Shown here: positions 1 to 5,640 of the stretch, piece by piece
Layout of the letters: each line of letters starts with the position of its first letter
How positions within the stretch are numbered: position 1 is the first letter of the stretch
Assembly: GCA_048939465.1 (NCBI GenBank)
Contig: JBHLPL010000099.1
Coordinates: 1 to 7,288 of the forward strand
DNA length: 7,288 bases
Direction of reading: 5' to 3'
From: Promethearchaeota archaeon
GTDB lineage: Archaea; Asgardarchaeota; Odinarchaeia; Odinarchaeales; JBHLKK01
Made by a program: the position numbers and the translations under genes
The notes under the pieces: model-generated
Database searches by the model: none
The model's input: the letters and a program-made list of their open reading frames with translations, nothing else
Told to the model about the DNA's origin: nothing

Positions 1-1
1 G

Positions 2-1717
2 ATTGCTGATGGTGAGCATAGGCTTAGGGCTGCGAAGGATTTGGGGATGAAGCAGGTTGCTTTTGTCAGGTTGCCTGTGGATGAAGTTGACCGACGTATG
101 ATTCGGCAGGTGATGAACAAGATTCGCGGCGAACATGATGTCTTTCTGGATGCTGAAGAGTATTATCGGATGGTTTCTGAAGGGTCACGTGAGCTGATTA
201 AGCAGCTGTTGAATGAGAATGATCTCAGAATTGATAATTTGTTGAGGTTGCGCGAGCCTCAAGTCTACAGTGACGCTGATCTGAAGGCTATCGCAGAGCA
301 GTTTGCGACCAGAGTTGAAAGCAATCGGCTGGACAAAGACTGGGAAAAAGCGCATCGTGGTGAACCGTTAACCCTGAAGTGTCATGCTGAGTTCTCTACT
401 CAAGCTGAAGTCACTGAAAGAACAGTTGCGGTGTGCGAGGCCTTCGGGCTGGGCGTCGATGAGGCTAAGCACTTTGTCGTGTTTGATGATTTCTCCCTTG
501 AATTCTGCAAGGGTGATCTGATTTACATAACTGGAGACTCGGGTGGAGGAAAAACACTCCTCCTTAAAGCCTTCAAAGAGTTCTTCGGAGACGAAGCTAT
601 AGAGCTGAGTGATTTGGAAATTAATCCTGAGGAAACACTTGTTGAAGGTGTGGGGAGAGACATTAAAGAAGCCATAAAGACCCTGAGTTTGTGCGGTTTG
701 AATGACGCCTTTCTCTTCCTACGCAAATATAAGGAACTCAGTGATGGACAAAAGTACCGTTACAAGCTTGCCAAACTGATGGATAATAAAGAAAGGAAGG
801 TTTGGATAATCGATGAGTTTTGTGCAACGCTTGACCGGGTTATGGCTCGCGTTATCGCTTATCTGATTCAGAGAGTAGCTAGAAAATATAGAAAGACCGT
901 TGTGGTAGCAACTACGCATCATGATATTATCGAAGACTTTCAGCCAGATGTCATGATTGAGAAGGGATTCGAAAGGGATGTTGAAGTTCTCAAGAATGAT
1001 TTTTTACCTAAGAGATGTAGTATTTACGGGAAGGTCTGCATAGAGAAAGGAAGTGTTGAGGATTATGCCAAGCTCAGCTGCTTTCATTATCGCTCTAAAG
1101 GGGTTGCAGGGGTTAAAGATTGTTATAAGCTTCTTTTTGATGACGAGCTGATTGGTGTTATCGTCTATTCGAATTCATATCTCAACTTGAAGCCTAGAAA
1201 CATGGTTTTCGGCGGAAGATATGTCTATACTCCCGGGGACTTGCATAAAGCGAGATTAATCAATAGGGAAATCGCGAGAATCAGCAGGGTGATAATTCAT
1301 CCCAAATTTAGGGGAATAGGCTTAGGGGCTTTCTTGGTGAGAGAGAGTATGCCTAGAGTTGACGCTAAAGTGATTGAAGTTTTGGCAGTGATGGCAAAAT
1401 ACAACCCAATCTTCGAAAAGGCCGATATGACTCGGGTAAACTATAGCAGAGATGAGAATTCGATAGAAAAGAAGATTAGAAGACTTTTAGAAGCAAATAA
1501 TTTCGACTTCGCCTTTGTAAGGTCGAAGACTTACTGCCGCCACTTCTTCGGTCAATTGAATTGTCAAGATAAGAAAGTATTGCTTGGGTACCTGTATAAT
1601 TTTGCTCATCAACCATTTATCAAGGCAAAAACGGTAACACCAGATCTATTGACTAGAGTTTTTTCCTCAGACGTAGTTTATTTGTACTACATTAATGGCT
1701 CTAATCTGAAGATGTGA
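2..1717 (+). CDS. 5'-truncated ParB/Srx-like domain + ABC ATPase + GNAT (Mom-like) acetyltransferase fusion (COG2401-like)
   Basis: The frame is open from nt 2 (IADGEHRLRAAKDLG-MKQV...), so the supplied start at 41 is internal. Motifs: ParB-type GxxRxxA at 11-31, Walker A GDSGGGKT at 533-556, ABC signature LSDGQ at 737-751, Walker B VWIIDEF at 800-820 and H-loop ATTHHD. The GNAT part has FHYR at 1082-1093 and acetyl-CoA motif A RVIIHPKFRGIGLG at about 1286-1327. No transmembrane segments. Confidence 0.87.
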   Translation: MADGEHRLRAAKDLGMKQVAFVRLPVDEVDRRMIRQVMNKIRGEHDVFLDAEEYYRMVSEGSRELIKQLLNENDLRIDNLLRLREPQVYSDADLKAIAEQFATRVESNRLDKDWEKAHRGEPLTLKCHAEFSTQAEVTERTVAVCEAFGLGVDEAKHFVVFDDFSLEFCKGDLIYITGDSGGGKTLLLKAFKEFFGDEAIELSDLEINPEETLVEGVGRDIKEAIKTLSLCGLNDAFLFLRKYKELSDGQKYRYKLAKLMDNKERKVWIIDEFCATLDRVMARVIAYLIQRVARKYRKTVVVATTHHDIIEDFQPDVMIEKGFERDVEVLKNDFLPKRCSIYGKVCIEKGSVEDYAKLSCFHYRSKGVAGVKDCYKLLFDDELIGVIVYSNSYLNLKPRNMVFGGRYVYTPGDLHKARLINREIARISRVIIHPKFRGIGLGAFLVRESMPRVDAKVIEVLAVMAKYNPIFEKADMTRVNYSRDENSIEKKIRRLLEANNFDFAFVRSKTYCRHFFGQLNCQDKKVLLGYLYNFAHQPFIKAKTVTPDLLTRVFSSDVVYLYYINGSNLKM

Positions 1718-1844
1718 AGATGCTCAAAATTCTCGGCCCGAACCTAGAGCCACCGACCCTTGAACAAATTAACGTTAACCAAGACCAGTAACGGTGATAG
1801 ACCACAAGAGACTATGTGCGCGGATGTGTACTTCCGTGAAGGCA

Positions 1845-2027
1845 TCAGACCTTGACCCATCTCTTCCCCGTTTCATATTTCAATGTGAAGCTATGTTTTC
1901 CGTCTTTGGTGTATTCTCTGAACTTGGTGCCACAGTCACAAGAATACCCCTGCACTTTGAATGGTCCATAAGTCCATGATTTTTCAGGTTGAGTGATTCT
2001 TCTCTTGCAGTTGGGGCATTCGATCAT
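1845..2027 (-). CDS. Small Zn-ribbon protein resembling the Cren7 chromatin-protein family
   Basis: 60 aa, basic, ATG start, with CPNC...CDCG knuckles. The segment PEKSW...FKVQGYSCDCGTKFREY parallels Cren7 PEKVW...VKIGLFKDPETGKYFRHK as recalled, with a shortened loop. Confidence 0.7.
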   Translation of the reverse strand: MIECPNCKRRITQPEKSWTYGPFKVQGYSCDCGTKFREYTKDGKHSFTLKYETGKRWVKV

Positions 2028-2063
2028 GATGATCCCAATCCGTTATTACGACTTCGATAAACT

Positions 2064-2069
2064 AATAAA
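2064..2069 (-). promoter_or_regulatory. Possible archaeal TATA-like element for the Zn-ribbon gene
   Basis: TTTATT on the - strand about 37-42 nt upstream of the ATG at 2027, preceded by the A-rich CAAAGAG. Weak match only. Confidence 0.3.
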
Positions 2070-2087
2070 CTCTTTGCTTAGGTAAAG

Positions 2088-2269
2088 ATGCAAATACATG
2101 TCTGCATGCATACACATGCAATCCAAATCTAGTGCTTCAGGGTCTCATTCCATGTTTAATGCAGCACTCAACCCTTACATAGGAATTTTCAACTCTAAAG
2201 AACACGCATCCACAAGGTGCTTCCAGTCTATCCCGATCTTCGTTTGACTTTCCCCTCCACATGTCTGCA
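2088..2269. repeat. Short direct repeats in the divergent intergenic region
   Basis: ATGCAAATACATG (2088-2100) and ATGCATACACATG (2106-2118) match at 11 of 13 positions. ACATGTCTGCA occurs exactly at 2096-2106 and 2259-2269. Confidence 0.4.
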
Positions 2270-2301
2270 GCTTTTTCCAAGTCTCTACTTTTTCTCTCCA
2301 A
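2137..2301 (-). CDS. Putative small Cys/His (Zn-binding) protein, 54 aa, absent from the ORF track
   Basis: Hand translation from TTG 2301 (alternative ATG 2262, 41 aa) to TGA 2139-2137 gives MERKSRDLEKAADMWRGKSNEDRDRLEAPCGCVFFRVENSYVRVECCIKHGMRP, with a CxC...CCxxH motif. It is co-oriented with the Zn-ribbon gene and has a purine-rich upstream sequence. Confidence 0.42.
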   Translation of the reverse strand: MERKSRDLEKAADMWRGKSNEDRDRLEAPCGCVFFRVENSYVRVECCIKHGMRP

Positions 2302-2417
2302 GCCTTGCCCCTTTCCCTATCTTGGTTATCGACCTCCTGCAAAGAGAACTTGATTCTAGTCCCAACAATGTATCGAAGATCCAAATATTCAAAGAGAAAC
2401 AGTGTAGGCGGGGTGGC

Positions 2418-2434
2418 ATGAAATGCTTATAAAT
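2418..2434 (+). promoter_or_regulatory. Archaeal BRE/TATA promoter for the ASCH-TFB gene
   Basis: ATGAAATGC (BRE-like) is followed by TTATAAAT at 2427-2434. This places a TSS near 2453-2460, consistent with a leaderless GTG (2454 or 2460) or a short-leader ATG (2472). Confidence 0.55.
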
Positions 2435-2447
2435 TGAGAAAGTCAAC

Positions 2448-3620
2448 TTGAATGTGCGCGTGTTCGTTGCAATGACGCCTGAGCGCATAAAGATTGCTGC
2501 TTTGGTAAAGTATAACCCTTGCAGTGTTCATGCACGCGGAGGAGTTCCGTGTCCGTTTTTCATCTCAGGAACAGGCAGGAAATGCAAGAAGCCTTTGGGA
2601 TGTTGTGAGATGCTGGAATATGATGAATGGTTCAAGGAGGTTCTCAAAGGCAAGATGAAGAGCTTCTATCCGCGCAGGATACGTCTGTTAGAAATACCCG
2701 GCACAATCCTTCTTCTTTATCATGCCCATATGCGAAAAATAGCTGGTGAAGCGAAGATTATCAATGCAACTTCGGAGGATAATATTCATCATTATTGGTT
2801 TGACAATTTTGTAGCTTACCCGAATCCAGTAGGGCTTAAGCTTTTGCATACTGATTCTAGATTGAAGTTGATTGCCAAGCTGGGTAGATGGGGACTTGTG
2901 TACCTTTCAGAAGAAACGTTAGAGGAAATCCGCAGTCTTTCAGAACTGAAAGGCAAAAGCAGAGAAAGACTGAGACGAGAAGTAGAGTTAGCAAAACAAG
3001 AAGCCGCAAAGCGTCCATATTTATATGCACGTCCTAGTCCTAAAGAAAGAATAAGTAAGATAAGAAGAGAGATTGCGCCCAAGCTCTCAAATCTTGGAAC
3101 AAACGCTGAAATCATGAAAGAAGCTGAAAGGATTTTTCTTAAAGCCTGCGAGAAAGCATTACTGCGAGGACGATCTTATACACTTCTTTTCTTCGCCTCT
3201 TTATATTCGTCCTTTAGAGTTTTGGGCATACCTATGAGTCTTCGCGAATTTGGAGAAATGACCCATTATGATGTAAAGAAGATTGCGTCATTAGCCAGAA
3301 TCCTCCAAAGAGAACTCGACATCAAGTTTCATTCAATAACCTTAAGGGATTGGGTTTCGCATTATTCCAGCAATCTGGGCCTGTCAGATGAGACAATCCG
3401 AATTGCCAAGAATCTTCTTGACAAAATGGAGACGGACCGTCGTTTGATAGGCATTAGTCCTCTCTCGATATCCGCGACAGCAGTGTATCTTGCATCTCGA
3501 AAAACAAAAGAAGGAAAAACACCAAAGAGAATCGCTGAAGCATTTGGTGTGTCCTCTGTTACTATAAGAAATGTATCAAAACGGTGGCTGAGCCTAAAGA
3601 AGCCTCAGAATGCCATGTGA
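2448..3620 (+). CDS. TFB (TFIIB)-family cyclin-repeat protein with N-terminal Cys cluster and ASCH/EVE (PUA-like) domain
   Basis: Residues about 198-380 contain two TFIIB repeats (EAERIFLKACEKALLRGRS...LY...R..GIPMSLRE; LGLS...A..LL...GISP...AVYLAS...IAEAFGVSSVTIRN). Residues about 60-164 show a PUA-like pattern (WFKEVLKGK...PGTILLLY...KIAGEAKI...YPNPVGL...GLVYLSEETLEEI). There is no canonical TFB CxxC-x15-CxxC ribbon. The true start may be 2454, 2460 or 2472. Confidence 0.85.
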   Translation: MNVRVFVAMTPERIKIAALVKYNPCSVHARGGVPCPFFISGTGRKCKKPLGCCEMLEYDEWFKEVLKGKMKSFYPRRIRLLEIPGTILLLYHAHMRKIAGEAKIINATSEDNIHHYWFDNFVAYPNPVGLKLLHTDSRLKLIAKLGRWGLVYLSEETLEEIRSLSELKGKSRERLRREVELAKQEAAKRPYLYARPSPKERISKIRREIAPKLSNLGTNAEIMKEAERIFLKACEKALLRGRSYTLLFFASLYSSFRVLGIPMSLREFGEMTHYDVKKIASLARILQRELDIKFHSITLRDWVSHYSSNLGLSDETIRIAKNLLDKMETDRRLIGISPLSISATAVYLASRKTKEGKTPKRIAEAFGVSSVTIRNVSKRWLSLKKPQNAM

Positions 3621-3663
3621 ATCGCCAATCTACGTCCACAATGTGCTCCTTCTTGGTACCACC

Positions 3664-3669
3664 AAAAAA
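3664..3669 (-). terminator. Possible oligo-T archaeal terminator after the methyltransferase
   Basis: T6 on the - strand about 15 nt after the MTase stop codon, in the 63-bp gap between convergent genes. Confidence 0.35.
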
Positions 3670-3683
3670 CACGTGCGCACTAT

Positions 3684-5333
3684 TCAGATGAATGAGTCTA
3701 AACGATGAGTCTTTCTCTTAAGTTTTATGAACTCCATTACATATTCATCTAACTCGCCTGTCATATTCAGCTGCCTCTGTGCGACAATCTCCTCAACGAC
3801 CTCAACGATTAGTCTGTGAAATTCTACTTCCTTTGGATTCTCCCAATTAACCTTTGGTATAGGAATAATACTTAATGGGCCCTCACAAAAGTCATGGACC
3901 CCACCTCTGCTGAATCCTTTCGTCATGATCCATTTCTGGATGGGTTTGGAGTTGAGCATGCCAAGTATGTATTCAACCCTTTCTTCAATGGCGTTCTCCT
4001 TCAAACAAATGGTTGTAACATCTTGTGTTGCATAGTGCGTCTTACCCTCTTTATCATATATTAGAGTGAACCTGAAGTATCCTCGGGTATCATATCGTTC
4101 TTTACTGGGAACGAAGATTTTGGTGCTATGCTCCTCGAAAAGATGCTTGTTTCTTAGAAAAACCCAATGCCACCACGGGATGTCTTTCTTGTAATCATAT
4201 CGTTTTTCCAATATCTCCCTGTAGTTCGATAGTTTTTCATAGAAATAAGGATAGAATTGTCTTAGCTCCTTTTCAGAGCCGATGCGATTCGTAAAAATAT
4301 ATGGAATCGGGGCGCTTGAAGGAAAGAATCTCTCGAGCGTCTTAGCTTTGTATACATATATCAATGAGCCACGCTCGCGCTTGTTTAACACTTCAGGATC
4401 TTCTTCTAGCCTGAATGCCTTATCCAAACCGCTAACCATACCATTGCCAATCTCTGAAATATTGCCGAGCTGGACAATCTCTCGAATCGCATCTACTTGC
4501 CTAACTACTCGTGCAGTCGGAGGAATTGGGTGCCAGGGTTCGCTTCCTACAAACTGCTCATTCAGATATGCTCTGAAGACATCGTTTTCCAAGTAGATGT
4601 TGGGGGTTCCTGACTCAAGTTGAAGTCTTCTGAGTAAGTGAGAGACCTTGTTGGTAACCTCAAGAGTAACAGGCTCTTTGCTGGCATATTCGACAATTTT
4701 GACATCAGATAGTCTGACCCCCTTTATGTACTTGAATATAATAATCGTCGAAGACCCCTCATCAAACACTTTGGCTTCGTTCAGGTTAATCAAAGCTTCA
4801 AGAGATCCGTTCTTGGACAAATGTTCTCTTAGCCGACCTGCATGTAGCGTTTCCGTCCAGAACAAAGGACAAATGAATATTAACTCTCCACGTTGTCCCA
4901 GCAGATTGACGGAGTGATAAATGAAGGCATAGGTCAAGTCACATAGACCATTCATTACTCTGTTCCAGTATTCGCTTCTCTTGAAGAGGCTCCGCCATTC
5001 GGGAACAATGTTCTTCCACCGTACGTAGGGAGGATTGCCTATGACTACATCGAAGGTTGGTTTTGGCGGGATTTCGAGAAAATCGCCGTGGATTATTCTC
5101 TCTGAGCTTTTCGCTAATTGCTCATCTACCTCATAAGCCGTAATATTTTCAAAACCTTTCTCGTCTAGGGTCTTGAGGAATATCCCTTCACCTGCACATG
5201 GTTCCAGAACTTTGGCTGTCTTTGGCTTGGATATCAACGAGGCCATAAACTTCGCTACTAGCTGTGGCGTCATGTACTGTCCAAGCGATTTTGAATTGAT
5301 GCTCCTGCTTCTCAGGTTTTTAGAAACTGTCAT
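3684..5333 (-). CDS. hincIIM: N6-adenine DNA methyltransferase, gamma class, M.HincII-like
   Basis: Motif X GQYMTP, motif I VLEPCAGEG (5184-5210) and motif IV NPPY (5025-5036) are in gamma order. Blocks recalled as shared with M.HincII: GNPPYVRWKN, ELIFICP, IGNGMVSGLDKAF, FLRN, KIFVPxKER, TQDVT, LNSK. The symbol denotes the family, not a proven ortholog. Confidence 0.92.
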   Translation of the reverse strand: MTVSKNLRSRSINSKSLGQYMTPQLVAKFMASLISKPKTAKVLEPCAGEGIFLKTLDEKGFENITAYEVDEQLAKSSERIIHGDFLEIPPKPTFDVVIGNPPYVRWKNIVPEWRSLFKRSEYWNRVMNGLCDLTYAFIYHSVNLLGQRGELIFICPLFWTETLHAGRLREHLSKNGSLEALINLNEAKVFDEGSSTIIIFKYIKGVRLSDVKIVEYASKEPVTLEVTNKVSHLLRRLQLESGTPNIYLENDVFRAYLNEQFVGSEPWHPIPPTARVVRQVDAIREIVQLGNISEIGNGMVSGLDKAFRLEEDPEVLNKRERGSLIYVYKAKTLERFFPSSAPIPYIFTNRIGSEKELRQFYPYFYEKLSNYREILEKRYDYKKDIPWWHWVFLRNKHLFEEHSTKIFVPSKERYDTRGYFRFTLIYDKEGKTHYATQDVTTICLKENAIEERVEYILGMLNSKPIQKWIMTKGFSRGGVHDFCEGPLSIIPIPKVNWENPKEVEFHRLIVEVVEEIVAQRQLNMTGELDEYVMEFIKLKRKTHRLDSFI

Positions 5334-5355
5334 TTCGAAGCCACGGTATACGATG

Positions 5356-5517
5356 TTACCTAGTATCTTTAAAAGATTTTCTCTTGGAATAACTGTGAAT
5401 GAGCAGTGTAACTACCTCATCGAAGCTTACTCGTTGGTTCTTTTCCTTTTCTATTTCATGAAGGATTTCCAATAATCGACTGTAATTCTCATTATGGATC
5501 TTGATGACTTTGACCAA
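5356..5517 (-). CDS. Small ribbon-helix-helix DNA-binding protein, 53 aa, absent from the ORF track
   Basis: Hand translation from TTG 5517 to TAA 5358-5356 gives MVKVIKIHNENYSRLLEILHEIEKEKNQRVSFDEVVTLLIHSYSKRKSFKDTR. It has an alternating beta-strand KVIKI, helix A NYSRLLEI and helix B SFDEVVTLLI, typical of archaeal RHH proteins. An SD GGTGA lies 5 nt upstream, and the ORF ends 22 nt before the MTase ATG. Confidence 0.8.
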   Translation of the reverse strand: MVKVIKIHNENYSRLLEILHEIEKEKNQRVSFDEVVTLLIHSYSKRKSFKDTR

Positions 5518-5526
5518 CCTCTTCAC

Positions 5527-5544
5527 CACAATCAGAGTATTGTG
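5527..5544. promoter_or_regulatory. Inverted repeat CACAAT-N6-ATTGTG, candidate RHH operator
   Basis: Perfect 6-6-6 inverted repeat abutting the SD (5523-5527) of the RHH gene. Confidence 0.5.
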
Positions 5545-5640
5545 TTTTGTTTCCTAAAAAACCTAAGTGAACTCTTGATGCCGAAAACATATGTGTGCAG
5601 TGAAAACCTCTGCGACTCATCATCTACCTATTTTTTGCAT

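Noticed and set aside
523-922. Two 67-aa - strand ORFs (523-726, 719-922)
   Set aside because: Antisense shadows of the well-supported ABC ATPase domain, with no motifs.
533-960. ABC transporter ATP-binding subunit interpretation
   Set aside because: No permease or substrate-binding genes nearby, and the ATPase is fused to ParB-like and GNAT domains.
1720-1791. 23-codon ORF MLKILGPNLEPPTLEQINVNQDQ starting 2 nt after the ORF1 stop
   Set aside because: The position suggests translational coupling, but it is too short and has no recognisable motif. It could be a relic and cannot be supported.
1794-1979. 61-aa + strand ORF
   Set aside because: Antisense to the more convincing Zn-ribbon gene.
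1845-2027. Idea that the small Zn-ribbon protein is the missing TFB ribbon supplied in trans (split TFB)
   Set aside because: Knuckle spacing and the PEKSW/KFREY motifs fit Cren7-like proteins, not the TFB CPECG...GE.VC..CG ribbon.
2175-2488. Listed ORFs 2175-2384 (-), 2217-2432 (+) and 2285-2488 (-)
   Set aside because: They overlap each other and lack motifs, and two of them run across the TATA box or the TFB-like start. The unlisted 2137-2301 frame is more protein-like.
2816-3115. 99-aa - strand ORF
   Set aside because: Antisense shadow of the TFB-like gene.
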